Shown here piece by piece: positions 48,903 to 58,805 of a DNA stretch of 64,000 nt. Origin of the DNA: Candidatus Melainabacteria bacterium 17Bon1m (lineage in GTDB: Bacteria; Cyanobacteriota; Vampirovibrionia; Obscuribacterales; Obscuribacteraceae). Under the pieces are notes generated by a model. The model did not search any database. It saw only the letters and a program-made list of their open reading frames with translations, and had not been told where the DNA came from. The first letter of the stretch is position 1; each line of letters opens with the position of its first letter. The position numbers and the translations under genes are program-made. The stretch covers positions 64,001-128,000 of the forward strand of contig JAVLKG010000012.1 in the NCBI GenBank assembly GCA_032128875.1, given 5' to 3'.

Positions 48903-49736
48903 ATGGTTTTACCAAAGGTTCCTAAAGTAGTCGTTGAAGCAAAAGAAGCTTCTAGTGCTGAATTCGATGCGAAGAAAGGAGATGCATGGCATCAATCCGG
49001 CGGCGCAGAGGGGTTTTCGTCAAAACGCTGGCTGGCATATTTCCAGGAAAACAAATCGTCTTGCCCTCAAATTGTCATTCCGGAGTCGGTGAAGGTTTCG
49101 CAATCGATAAGACCCGCACTGATTCGTTCTCTTCAGCGTTTTCAAATTGGTGAGACCGGTGAAGGCAGGCACCTGAAAAAGTTTGCCAGCAAAATGAACG
49201 ATCCGGTTTACGAGCAGTGTATTGTTATGTTTATCAAAGAAGAACAGCATCACGCGCGGATTTTGGCGCAAATGATCGCGAGTATGGACGGCACATTGCT
49301 GACTTGGCACTGGAGCGATCTTGTGTTCATCGGGTTGCGACGATTGCTGCATTTGAAGACAGAAATTTTTGTTCTTTTGATTGCAGAAGTGATTGGTAAA
49401 TGTTTTTATCGCACATGTTCTGTTCATCTCGAAGATCCTCTTTTGAGCGATGCATTTTCGCTGATTGTTCTTGACGAACTGGGACATCTTGAATTTCACT
49501 GCGGTTTTCTGCGCAGTCAATTCGAGACGGCTCCGACTTTTGTCAGGCAGTGGGTGCTCTTGTGTTGGTCGGCGTTGTTCTATTGCGCTTCTTTTGTTTT
49601 CATCGCAGACCATAAGGCGGCTCTTGCTGCGTTAAGTGTCACGCCGCAGCAGTTCTTGAGAGATTTGTCCACAAGCTTCCGTATTTGTTCTCAGCGCTCG
49701 TTAGCGCTCGAGCCCAAAGTAGAGCGCGAAGATTGA
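48903..49736 (+). CDS. Ferritin-like (di-iron carboxylate) domain protein
   Basis: FQIGETGEG, FIKEEQHH, AEVIG, DELGH; GAGGAGG RBS before ATG 48903. Confidence 0.78.
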   Translation: MVLPKVPKVVVEAKEASSAEFDAKKGDAWHQSGGAEGFSSKRWLAYFQENKSSCPQIVIPESVKVSQSIRPALIRSLQRFQIGETGEGRHLKKFASKMNDPVYEQCIVMFIKEEQHHARILAQMIASMDGTLLTWHWSDLVFIGLRRLLHLKTEIFVLLIAEVIGKCFYRTCSVHLEDPLLSDAFSLIVLDELGHLEFHCGFLRSQFETAPTFVRQWVLLCWSALFYCASFVFIADHKAALAALSVTPQQFLRDLSTSFRICSQRSLALEPKVERED

Positions 49737-49820
49737 CGAGAAAGTCCCAAAATAGTCTTGTTGGCTACATGCGATTTAGGCTATCCTAGGAGCGCGAACA
49801 ACTGTTTCGGAGGAGATACC

Positions 49821-50033
49821 GTGGCCAAGAAGGTAGATACTGATGCGCCCCCCGCGTTGATCATTGAATTCAGAACCAGAGATGGAGAAGTCTGGGGCCA
49901 GCTTACCGCCGAGGCCCGAGAGTTCAAAACCGGCTCCACTGGCTATTATGCAAACGGAAAAGTCAAGAATCCGAAAAACGGTTTCCCGTATCAAGTCGGT
50001 ACGAACGTAATTTTGATCGGAAGTAAAGAATAG
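49821..50033 (+). CDS. Small hypothetical protein (70 aa)
   Basis: GGAGGAG RBS; REFKTGSTGYYANGK...QVGTNVILIGSK. Confidence 0.7.
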   Translation: MAKKVDTDAPPALIIEFRTRDGEVWGQLTAEAREFKTGSTGYYANGKVKNPKNGFPYQVGTNVILIGSKE

Positions 50034-50040
50034 CTACTGG

Positions 50041-51864
50041 CTATTTGTGAAATATGCTTTTGAGCGCCTGACCAATTGAAGCCAGGAGTGGCTTCGGTGT
50101 GTCCGGATCGCCCTTGAGCATGGACGATGCGAACGCCTTTGCTTGCTCTGTCGTCACGCGGGGCGGCAAAGGTGGAATGTTCGGGTCTGTGTGGACGTCG
50201 ATAACTATAGGACGTTGGGACACAATCGCTTGCTGGAGAGCAGGCACAACATCTTGCGAGCGCGCAACGGTGATACCGTCCAGCCCAATTGACTGTGCGA
50301 ATGCCGCGTAATTGAAAGCTGGAAGATCTTGAGACGCTTCGAATTTCGGATCGCCTTGCGATGCGCGCATCTCCCAAGTGACGAAATTCAAATCCTTGTT
50401 GTTCAACACGACGACGATCAGTCGAGGATCAATCCACTGCTCCCAATATTTGCTTATTGTGATCAGCTCGTTGATTCCATTCATTTGCATAGCGCCATCT
50501 CCGGCCAATGCGATTGCCACTCTTTCCGGGTAGGCGAATTTCGCTGCCACCGCATATGGTACTGCGCAACCCATGGATGCGAGCCCGCCCGAGACGGATG
50601 CCATCATGTCGTCCTTCACCTTCAAATCTCGTGCAAACCATGCGGTCGATGTTCCAGAGTCGGCGCTAATGATGGCTCTTTCCGGTAGCAATTTTGATAA
50701 TTCCCAAAACACCAGTTGCGGATTTACCGGGGTTGCATCGGCATAGGCTCTCGCCTCAACGGTCTTCCACCATTCAGAGACTGCGAATTCCAAATCAGCT
50801 CTGAATGTGCGGTCTTCCTTGTAATGCAACAACGGCATCAACGCAGCCAGCGTCTCTTTGCAGTCGCCTTCCAGGCTGACATCCATTGGATATCTCAAGC
50901 TTAAATTGCGGCCGTCAATGTCTATCTGCACACCTTTGGCCTGACCTTCTTTCGGCAAAAACTCCGAATAAGGAAAATTGGATCCGAGCATCAAAAGCGT
51001 GTCACAGGTGTTCATCATCTTTTCGGTCGCTTCTGTCCCAAGCATGCCGATTGAGCCGGTTACAAACGGCAAGTGATCCGACACCGCTGCTTTCCCGAGA
51101 AGCGCTTTGGCAATGCCTGCACCGAGTATGTTCGATGTTTCAACCACTTCTTTTGTGGCACGCAGGGCACCTGCACCTACTAGTATCGCCACTTTCTGCC
51201 CACTGTTTAGAATATCGGCAGCGCGCTGCAAATCTTCATCGTGAGGAATCACGCGCGGTGATGAATAACCAATACCAGAATACGATCTCCCGTGTTCTCT
51301 GCTCACTTTTGTCTCAATATCTTGGTCTTGCACGTCATTAGGAATGATGATGCAAGTGACGGTTCTCTCTGCTTTTGCAATGCGAATCGAACGATCGATG
51401 AGATGCCGGACCTGTTTGCTATCCATTGCCATATGCACATATTCGTGCGCCACATCTTTAAATAAGCTGGATAAATCGACGTCTTGCAGAAAGCCCGTTC
51501 CGATGGCGGCGCGCTGTTGTTGTCCTACTATTGCGAGCACCGGCTGGTGGTCCATTTTTGCATCGTACAGTCCGTTCAAAAGTTGAATTGCGCCTGGTCC
51601 TGCCGTCGCCATACATACACCAATTTCTCCCGTGAATTTTGCATGCGCGCACGCCATGAACGCCGCCATGTTTTCGTGCCTCACTTGAATGAAATCGATG
51701 TGATTGGTTTGGTCAAACTTTTCGATTTTGGGCGCAGCAAGCTCTGGTTGGGAAATTCTGTTGATTGCCGATAGCAGAGGATTTATGCCGTCGCCTGGAT
51801 AACCGTAGATGCGAGAAATTCCCCAATCCGCCAGTCTCTCGACAATGAAATCGCTAACTTTCAT
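50041..51864 (-). CDS. Thiamine pyrophosphate-requiring enzyme (pyruvate oxidase/dehydrogenase-like)
   Basis: YGYPGDGIN, VRHE, GPGAI.LLNGLYDA, GDGAMQMNG.NE, LNN. Confidence 0.9.
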   Translation of the reverse strand: MKVSDFIVERLADWGISRIYGYPGDGINPLLSAINRISQPELAAPKIEKFDQTNHIDFIQVRHENMAAFMACAHAKFTGEIGVCMATAGPGAIQLLNGLYDAKMDHQPVLAIVGQQQRAAIGTGFLQDVDLSSLFKDVAHEYVHMAMDSKQVRHLIDRSIRIAKAERTVTCIIIPNDVQDQDIETKVSREHGRSYSGIGYSSPRVIPHDEDLQRAADILNSGQKVAILVGAGALRATKEVVETSNILGAGIAKALLGKAAVSDHLPFVTGSIGMLGTEATEKMMNTCDTLLMLGSNFPYSEFLPKEGQAKGVQIDIDGRNLSLRYPMDVSLEGDCKETLAALMPLLHYKEDRTFRADLEFAVSEWWKTVEARAYADATPVNPQLVFWELSKLLPERAIISADSGTSTAWFARDLKVKDDMMASVSGGLASMGCAVPYAVAAKFAYPERVAIALAGDGAMQMNGINELITISKYWEQWIDPRLIVVVLNNKDLNFVTWEMRASQGDPKFEASQDLPAFNYAAFAQSIGLDGITVARSQDVVPALQQAIVSQRPIVIDVHTDPNIPPLPPRVTTEQAKAFASSMLKGDPDTPKPLLASIGQALKSIFHK

Positions 51865-52081
51865 GCAGGCCACCTTTTGTTAAACGAAAACAGAATGAAA
51901 ATTTCCCCAACGCCAATAGTGTGACCAGAATAAAAAGTGATAGTTCCAACGCCCCGAAATGCAGTGTGGGAAAGTGTTCAGCCCCTTCGGTCACCAAACA
52001 TGTTAATGAATAGCAGGCACGGAACTTTGTGATTGGATGTACACTCCCTACATCAGGTGACTGCGCTTGGATGGCGACGAG

Positions 52082-53395
52082 ATGGACAACAATCAAAAGC
52101 GAAAGCCGCACATCGTAATTGTCGGCGGCGGCTTTGGCGGGCTGTCGGCAGCGCGAGCTTTTAAGAATGCTGATGTTGCCCTCACGCTCGTGGATAAAAC
52201 CAACTACCATTTGTTTCAACCTCTCTTGTATCAGGTTGCAATGGCGGGGTTAGCGCCCGGCGATATTGCTCATCCGATTCGCTCGATTTTGCGGCATCAG
52301 AAGAATGCTGAAGTTGTTTTGGCCGAGATCACTTGTGTGGATTTGAGGAGCAATAAACTACATTCGAGTATTGGCGAAATTACTTATGACTATTTGATTT
52401 TGGCTGCCGGTGCGCAAACCAACTATTTCGGACATAACGATTGGCCAGAACACGCAGTCGGGTTGAAGGATATAGATGATGCGTTGGAGATTCGCAGGCG
52501 CGTTCTGGTGGCTTTTGAACAAGCGGAGCATGAGAAAGATCCGGCCAAGCAAAAACAACTATTGACCTTTGTTGTCATCGGCGGAGGTCCTACTGGGGTG
52601 GAGCTAGCGGGCTCTCTCTCCGAGCTGTCACGACATTCACTGGCACTCGATTTCCGCCATATCAACCCTTCTTCGGCACGCGTGATTTTGCTCGAAGGAT
52701 TGCCGCGAGTGCTGCCGCCTTTCGTGGAAGAGCTTTCTGCCAAGGCTCAAGAGCAGTTAAAAAATATCGGTGTTGAAGTCCGTACCGGCGTGAAGGTGAC
52801 GGGCATCGATGAGTTCGGTGTTCATGTGGAAGGTGGTGAAGTTATTGCCAGTTCTACTGTTATGTGGTGCGCAGGGGTTGCCGCGGTTCCCCTGACAAAA
52901 ACTATGGATGTAAACCTTGATCGCGGCGGTCGCATTGTTGTTGAGCCGGACCTTTCTATTCCTGGATTTAAAAACGCTTTTGCAGTCGGCGATTTGGCGA
53001 ATTTTGCACATCAAGGAGAGAAACCTCTTCCTGGGCTCGCGCCGGTTGCGATGCAAATGGGCGAGGCAGCAGCAAGAAACGTTTTGGATGACCTGGCAAA
53101 ACGCCCACGCCAAAAGTTTCACTACACAGATAAGGGCACAATGGCAACGATTGGCAGATCCGCTGCCGTTGCCGATTTAGGCAAGCTCAAAATGTCCGGA
53201 TTGACTGCCTGGCTTGCTTGGTTGCTAATTCATATTTTGATGCTGATTGGCTTCCGCAACCGCCTTATGGTGTTTATGAACTGGGTTTGGTCGTTCTTTA
53301 CCTATGACCGCGGTTCTCGCCTGATCACTGGTCACCGCATGGAGGCAGGCTGTCCGGTGGACGAATCTGAAGAATTGGAAACAGCTTCAAAATAA
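52082..53395 (+). CDS. ndh: Type II NADH dehydrogenase
   Basis: VGGGFGG, FQPLLYQVA, GGGPTGVELAG, WCAGV, DKGTMATIGR. Confidence 0.92.
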   Translation: MDNNQKRKPHIVIVGGGFGGLSAARAFKNADVALTLVDKTNYHLFQPLLYQVAMAGLAPGDIAHPIRSILRHQKNAEVVLAEITCVDLRSNKLHSSIGEITYDYLILAAGAQTNYFGHNDWPEHAVGLKDIDDALEIRRRVLVAFEQAEHEKDPAKQKQLLTFVVIGGGPTGVELAGSLSELSRHSLALDFRHINPSSARVILLEGLPRVLPPFVEELSAKAQEQLKNIGVEVRTGVKVTGIDEFGVHVEGGEVIASSTVMWCAGVAAVPLTKTMDVNLDRGGRIVVEPDLSIPGFKNAFAVGDLANFAHQGEKPLPGLAPVAMQMGEAAARNVLDDLAKRPRQKFHYTDKGTMATIGRSAAVADLGKLKMSGLTAWLAWLLIHILMLIGFRNRLMVFMNWVWSFFTYDRGSRLITGHRMEAGCPVDESEELETASK

Positions 53396-53423
53396 AAACC
53401 GGCTGGATTTTCATCCAACCGGT
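53394..53423 (-). terminator. Probable terminator between convergent genes
   Basis: AAAA + ACCGGCTGGAT-TTTC-ATCCAACCGGT. Confidence 0.55.
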
Positions 53424-53503
53424 GGGAACGGTGTCGTTCGTTCCTTTGTGAAGCTAGACCAAACAGAGTCGAGACGGTTCCTTCACTTATGTAAAATCCG
53501 GCT

Positions 53504-53866
53504 TCAATGCGATGTTCTAAAGTCCATTGACGGCTTTGCTACGTGCATTTCAGTTAGTACCTGCTGCAGTAGGTCAGCGGTTTGCTGCGTTTGCGCTGCG
53601 TCGTGTTGTACGCATGCAAGTCTTAAATCCAGTGCAAGTTGCAGGTATTGCTGCGCTTCTTGCTTTGAATCCATACATACGCAAATCCAGCCGAGTTCGT
53701 GAAAGTCGGCAGCCAGAGCTTCTTTAGTAACAGCGACGTCACTTTCCTCGATTTCAATAACCATCTTCAGCAGCTGCCGCGCTGTCGAATAGTCACCCTG
53801 CTGCGCGCAGGTTTCGCTGAGGTGGCGGAGCCTTTCGGCTTCCCGGCGCAGAATGTCGTTTGGCAT
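53504..53866 (-). CDS. Small TPR protein
   Basis: GDYSTARQLL, LAADFHELG, EAQQYLQLALDLR; GGAGG RBS. Confidence 0.7.
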   Translation of the reverse strand: MPNDILRREAERLRHLSETCAQQGDYSTARQLLKMVIEIEESDVAVTKEALAADFHELGWICVCMDSKQEAQQYLQLALDLRLACVQHDAAQTQQTADLLQQVLTEMHVAKPSMDFRTSH

Positions 53867-54149
53867 GTGTCCTCCGCACGGACGTATCCATCCATTTGGG
53901 ATGGAGCTTTGGTGTAAGTTGCCCACTTACGAGTCCGCGTGCGAGGTCCGCGAGCAGCCTGGTTTGGCTAATTACAGTCTAAAGATTAAAAGTCCATATT
54001 TCGTCTAGGCTGGCTATACAAATCGTACGGGTTTGCCTATGTCTGAACTCCTATATGGAACGAAATTGGGTCTTCTTGGTCTTTCAAGTAGACGCGGACG
54101 CTTGCAGCTCCTCGGCGGTTTTTGAAAGCAGGACCGGAGGCCCAGAAAG

Positions 54150-54674
54150 ATGAACACGATACAGACGCGACCAAGGATGAAATTCCACTCTCGCGGCACA
54201 AAACGTAGGCTCTCGCTCTATTTCATGTGCTTTGTTTTGATCATGGGATGGACTGTGCTGCCACTTGTGCTGGCGCTCACATACTCTTCCATTCAACATG
54301 ACCTGGCTAGCGGTTTTGCAGCCGTCTTAATCGCTTTCACCATCACCATATTTTTGCTCGTTTCTACCCGGCAGTTTCTAAAAACAAGCACTGCCGATGG
54401 ATTCGAATTGCTCATTGAATCCGACATAATTTTCTTGCATGGCGTGGACAAGAAGCAGAACAAACGATTGTGGCGAGAGGTTCCGCTTTCGAGCGTTGAA
54501 GAAGCCGACTATTACCCCACGTCTGATGGTTCAACCATAGTCTTGCATTCCAAAGGCCGCCCGGATCTCGAATTGCCTCTTTGGGCTTTTGGTCGAGATG
54601 CAGAAGCGAAAATTGTCGAATACATCAGAAGCCGAACACGTGTGATAGACATTCCGTCTGCAATTGTGATTTAG
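54150..54674 (+). CDS. Hypothetical membrane protein (2 TM + soluble domain)
   Basis: Two hydrophobic helices; GGAGG RBS. Confidence 0.65.
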   Translation: MNTIQTRPRMKFHSRGTKRRLSLYFMCFVLIMGWTVLPLVLALTYSSIQHDLASGFAAVLIAFTITIFLLVSTRQFLKTSTADGFELLIESDIIFLHGVDKKQNKRLWREVPLSSVEEADYYPTSDGSTIVLHSKGRPDLELPLWAFGRDAEAKIVEYIRSRTRVIDIPSAIVI

Positions 54675-54707
54675 AAGAACAAATTTAGTCTAGGAGAAAG
54701 TCGAGGA

Positions 54708-55217
54708 ATGAGAACCGAAAAACTGGGCTTAAAAGGCATTATGCGAAACATTCTGGAAGAGTCACGCATGATCTTGCCGGGCATACAAGCATTGTTCGGA
54801 TTTCAATTAATTGCAGTATTTAATGCGAACTTCGACACCCTCGACTCTCTCGACAAAGATGTTCATTTGATCGCTATTTTGCTCAGCATTCTTGCAATTG
54901 GCTGTCTAATGGCGCCGGCTTCCTATCACCGTCAGGTCGAGCGCGATTCTGTCTCAGATCATTTGGTCAAATTTAGCAGCAAATTATTGTGCATAGGGCT
55001 GATACCATTGGTAATGTCACTATCACTCGATGCTTACGTGGTCTGTAAAGCCATTACGGACAGCACTGATCACGGTGTTGTCGCTGGGCTTTTCTCTTTC
55101 ACATTCCTGGGCTTGCTTTGGTATGCTGTTCCACAAATGGAGCGTAGAAAGCGCAAAGCACGTGAGGAAGAAAACCGCGAGGTGCTGGCGGACATATTCG
55201 AGGTGCAGTCGCATTGA
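54708..55217 (+). CDS. DUF6328-like membrane protein
   Basis: LEESRMILPGIQALFGFQL, APASYHR, LWYAVP. Confidence 0.75.
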   Translation: MRTEKLGLKGIMRNILEESRMILPGIQALFGFQLIAVFNANFDTLDSLDKDVHLIAILLSILAIGCLMAPASYHRQVERDSVSDHLVKFSSKLLCIGLIPLVMSLSLDAYVVCKAITDSTDHGVVAGLFSFTFLGLLWYAVPQMERRKRKAREEENREVLADIFEVQSH

Positions 55218-55237
55218 AACGTTCGCATCCACTGAGA

Positions 55238-55891
55238 CTACGCCGCGGCCCAGTTGCGAGCGGCATCATCCAGCAGGAATTGAACTTCCTGATCGGTCGT
55301 TTGCGTGAAGTCTGCGTACCATGATCCTACTGACCAAAATGGGTCCGGCGTTTGAAGACAGGCGGTTTCATCGACGCGTTTTGCGATTTCACGAAGTGTT
55401 TCGGGAGAGGCAACAGGTACTGCAACTATCAAATTTTTGGGGCGCTGATTTTTGATTGCCATCACGGCCGCGGTCATTGATGCGCCTGTTGCAAGACCAT
55501 CGTCGACAAGGATAATCGTTTTATTTTCAATGCGTAAAAACTCACGCCCGCGCCGGAAAAGAGCCTCACGGCGTTCGAGCTCAACAGCTTCGTATTTAGT
55601 GACTTTATCAATGAAGTTTCTCGGAATGTCGAGTTCTTTGATTAATGGCTCATTCAGTATTCTTGTACCGCCAGAGGCAATTGCGCCGATAGCCAACTCA
55701 GGATTTCCTGGTGCACCGATTTTGCGAACAATGAAGCAGTCTAGGTAGGCGTTTAGTGAGCGCGCAATTTCATAACCCACAGGAACGCCGCCACGCGGCA
55801 ACGCCAGTACTAGAATGTGCTTTTTGCCACGATAGCCTGCCAACTTCATAGCAAGCCGTCTGCCGGCGTCACGTCTATCTCTGAAAAACAT
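55238..55891 (-). CDS. Predicted phosphoribosyltransferase (COG1926-like)
   Basis: FRDRRDAG, LPRGGVPV, ILVDDGLATG, VG.WY.DF.Q. Confidence 0.9.
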   Translation of the reverse strand: MFFRDRRDAGRRLAMKLAGYRGKKHILVLALPRGGVPVGYEIARSLNAYLDCFIVRKIGAPGNPELAIGAIASGGTRILNEPLIKELDIPRNFIDKVTKYEAVELERREALFRRGREFLRIENKTIILVDDGLATGASMTAAVMAIKNQRPKNLIVAVPVASPETLREIAKRVDETACLQTPDPFWSVGSWYADFTQTTDQEVQFLLDDAARNWAAA

Positions 55892-56209
55892 ACGTTCTTC
55901 CAATTTTGATTCCAATCTAGGGTTGCGTGGTGGATAAGGCAATAGGTCAACAGAATTAGGGCTGACTGCCGATTACTGGCTGACGGGCAAGGTTTTAGCA
56001 GGTTCCAAACAGACTCTGCAATTAACAGAAATGTAACGCAATCGTTGTTTTCGTTCGCACGGTCTTCGTTGTATCGACACTTTCTACAGATACCTGCTCG
56101 ATGGCAAAATTAGGCCTTCTGTAAAACCATTGTTCAAAAGTCCAGTCAGTTGGAACTTTCCGGGGCTTGCGCAGTCCCCCTATCGTATCGGTTTTGCAGA
56201 GAACGAGAA

Positions 56210-56968
56210 ATGGAAAGAAACACATGCACACAAGAGATTCGTGTTCGAAGTAACGCGGTAACTATAACGGGCGACCTCACTATCCCAGAGCGAGCTTCAG
56301 TAGTTATTCTCTTTGCGCACGGGAGCGGCAGTAGCCGTCACAGTTCTCGCAACAAATACATTGCCGCTCAGCTTAACAGAAGTGGTTTTGCCACGCTGTT
56401 GATGGACCTCCTCACAATGCAGGAAGAACGCGAGGAGCATTTTACCCATCACTTTCGATTTGATATCGATTTACTTTTTGAAAGACTTTGCTCTGCGGTA
56501 GATTGGCTTTCTACCGATAATTCCACCAAAAATTTAGCTATTGGCTTATTTGGTGCAAGTACTGGAAGTGCTGCTGCGATTTCCTGCGCCGCGAAGCGGC
56601 CTGAGAGAATTACCTCGATAGTATCCCGGGGTGGCCGACCGGATTTGGTTCCGGAAGCATTGCCGAAGGTCTTGTGCCCCACACTATTTATTGTTGGCGG
56701 ATTCGATCCGCAAGTGCTTGTTTACAATGAAAAGGCCTTGCAGGCTATGCATTGTCATCGTGAGATTGAGATTATTCCAGGAGCGCACCATCTTTTTGAA
56801 GAAGTCGGAAAGCTGGATGTTGTCGCGAATATGGCAACCTGGTGGTTTGCTCGACATTCCATGATGCAGTTCTCTCCGAGCGCAGCACAAAATGCGCGTA
56901 CAGGTAAACTTGATCCCTCAATGCTCGAAAACAGATCAAGTCTTGAGAGTACTGGACAGCATAAGTAG
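56210..56968 (+). CDS. Dienelactone-hydrolase-family alpha/beta hydrolase
   Basis: FAHGSGSSRHS.RN, FGASTG, SRGGRPDL, GAHHLFEE. Confidence 0.88.
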   Translation: MERNTCTQEIRVRSNAVTITGDLTIPERASVVILFAHGSGSSRHSSRNKYIAAQLNRSGFATLLMDLLTMQEEREEHFTHHFRFDIDLLFERLCSAVDWLSTDNSTKNLAIGLFGASTGSAAAISCAAKRPERITSIVSRGGRPDLVPEALPKVLCPTLFIVGGFDPQVLVYNEKALQAMHCHREIEIIPGAHHLFEEVGKLDVVANMATWWFARHSMMQFSPSAAQNARTGKLDPSMLENRSSLESTGQHK

Positions 56969-57000
56969 GCTGATATTCGAATTGACCGAAAGCAGGTTGT

Positions 57001-57024
57001 AGGGCGTCTTTTAGGCGCTCTTTT
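57001..57024 (+). terminator. Rho-independent terminator
   Basis: AGGGCGTCT-TTT-AGGCGCTCT then TTT. Confidence 0.55.
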
Positions 57025-57039
57025 CGTTTGTTGATACTC

Positions 57040-57072
57040 AAAAAAGAACCGACTGGCATGGTATCCAGTCGG
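57040..57072 (-). terminator. Rho-independent terminator
   Basis: A-run then CCGACTGG-8nt-CCAGTCGG. Confidence 0.6.
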
Positions 57073-57188
57073 CACAGAACGCTTTTGGTGCGTTACTTTT
57101 GCTAGTAAGACCCTTTGATTACTCAAAGGTTCCAAGCAAGCACAAAAATCGGCAAACTTGAAGCACCTGTTGAAAGCCTGTGCTCACC

Positions 57189-58289
57189 CTATTCCTCAGG
57201 CGACTCTTCCATCGGTTCGTCAAGGATGTTATTGCAGAGGTCGACACACTCGTCGCAGATTGTTACTGATGGTCCACTGATGAGTTTCTTCACCGCACTT
57301 TGAGATTGCCCGCAAAAGCTGCATCCCAACTCGCCGGCTTCTTTGGGTTTCTCCACATGGTTTTCCAGAAGAGGCAACGTCAATGGCGTAATCTTGCCGT
57401 CCGGATCTAGTTTGAGTAAATCTCCTGCACGCAGTTCAATCTCTGTATCCATCAGTTTTGTCTTGCCGATGGTTGTTTTCCATCTGTCGTCACTGCTCAT
57501 CTCTGCTGTGCTAAAGACAAAAAGCTCTAGCGGCTCATTTGTTTCTTTAAGAACTTCACGAATGTACTCGTTCAAATTGTCCAATGCCTTTGCATTGGCA
57601 TTGAATTTGTCGGCACCACTCTCGGTGCCGCGTGCTCCTTCCCAACCATTTTCACAGAAGATTTGAAATTTATTGGAGCGCCCCTCTGCGAGGAAGACGC
57701 GAGTGGCATACTCGTTATCATCTGTACCGGCAATCGTAAGAGAATGTTTTTGACCGGTGAGTTTTAAGTCTTCCAGCTCTGCGTTTGTCGTGATGTAAAT
57801 CTCAATACTGAGCTCATCCTCTTCGAAGTCTTTGTATGAGTTAGAGAGCCATGAAGCAAGGTCGTTGCCGACCAGTTTTAGCTCTTGATCGTCATCTCCT
57901 TCATGATCGAATTCGAGGACAGGGCACTCGCCTTCTTGCATTTTACTGAGGTCAAAACAATAGACATCGCCGCCATAGCTGCTGCCAAATGGGAAGAGAC
58001 CGCGCACACCTAAGATCGGGTGATATGTAAAAAAGTTTTCCAACTGCTGCACCAGGTCGTGCCAACCAGCACCTTTCTCCGTGATGCAGTGCATCCGCCC
58101 AAAGTTGAACTGACCACCGTCAAAAACGCGCAGAAAAGCCTTATAGCTGTCGGGCAAAGTGACCATAAGGCTTTGCTCCAGCTGCTCGATATCCTGCTCG
58201 GGAGTGCCGGGACCAATCAAATTGGACCTGTCGGCTTTGACGCGCTGTAAAAGTTCGTCAATCGCTGCAGGTTGAGCCTTCTTAGCCAT
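57189..58289 (-). CDS. SMI1/KNR4 (SUKH) domain protein with C-terminal ClpX-type C4 zinc finger
   Basis: [40 protein letters not shown]-terminal [30 protein letters not shown]. Confidence 0.85.
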   Translation of the reverse strand: MAKKAQPAAIDELLQRVKADRSNLIGPGTPEQDIEQLEQSLMVTLPDSYKAFLRVFDGGQFNFGRMHCITEKGAGWHDLVQQLENFFTYHPILGVRGLFPFGSSYGGDVYCFDLSKMQEGECPVLEFDHEGDDDQELKLVGNDLASWLSNSYKDFEEDELSIEIYITTNAELEDLKLTGQKHSLTIAGTDDNEYATRVFLAEGRSNKFQIFCENGWEGARGTESGADKFNANAKALDNLNEYIREVLKETNEPLELFVFSTAEMSSDDRWKTTIGKTKLMDTEIELRAGDLLKLDPDGKITPLTLPLLENHVEKPKEAGELGCSFCGQSQSAVKKLISGPSVTICDECVDLCNNILDEPMEESPEE

Positions 58290-58363
58290 TTTAATCTCCT
58301 ACCTTGGCAAGCGCCTTTATAAGGGCTTAGACAATGTACCCGGTAGATCCACAAAATGCGATG

Positions 58364-58804
58364 TTACGCCTTGAACTTGTTACGCACAGCCTGGCGGCAG
58401 AAGTCATCCAGAACCTTGTAGGTGTCGCGAAAAGCGGCTTCATTGCTGTGGTAAGGATCTTGAACTTCAAATGCACCACCGAGTAAACGAATCTTGTGTT
58501 TGTGTTGGGCCGGGGCGAGCTTGCGCAGAGCCGACTCATTCATGCTGTCCATCGCGAAGATTACGTCAAATCGCTCAAAGTCTTCGAGAGTGATTTGACG
58601 TGCGCGATGTTTTGACAAGTCGATGCCATTCGAGCGAGCTACCGATATTGAGCGAGGATCTGCACAGTTTCCCACATTCCAGTCCATGGTTCCGCAAGAA
58701 TCGATTTTGCCCGTAATTTTTTCATCCTCGTAAATTTTCAGCATAATGCCTGCCGCCATCGGCGACCTGCAAATATTTCCAAGGCAGACAAAGAGTACGT
58801 TCAT
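58364..58804 (-). CDS. Low-molecular-weight protein tyrosine phosphatase
   Basis: VCLGNICRSP, DPY. Confidence 0.93.
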   Translation of the reverse strand: MNVLFVCLGNICRSPMAAGIMLKIYEDEKITGKIDSCGTMDWNVGNCADPRSISVARSNGIDLSKHRARQITLEDFERFDVIFAMDSMNESALRKLAPAQHKHKIRLLGGAFEVQDPYHSNEAAFRDTYKVLDDFCRQAVRNKFKA

Positions 58805-58805
58805 G

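Noticed and set aside
52028-52043. CRP/FNR-like site upstream of ndh (TGTGA-N6-GTACA)
   Set aside because: The second half-site matches poorly and it is a single instance.
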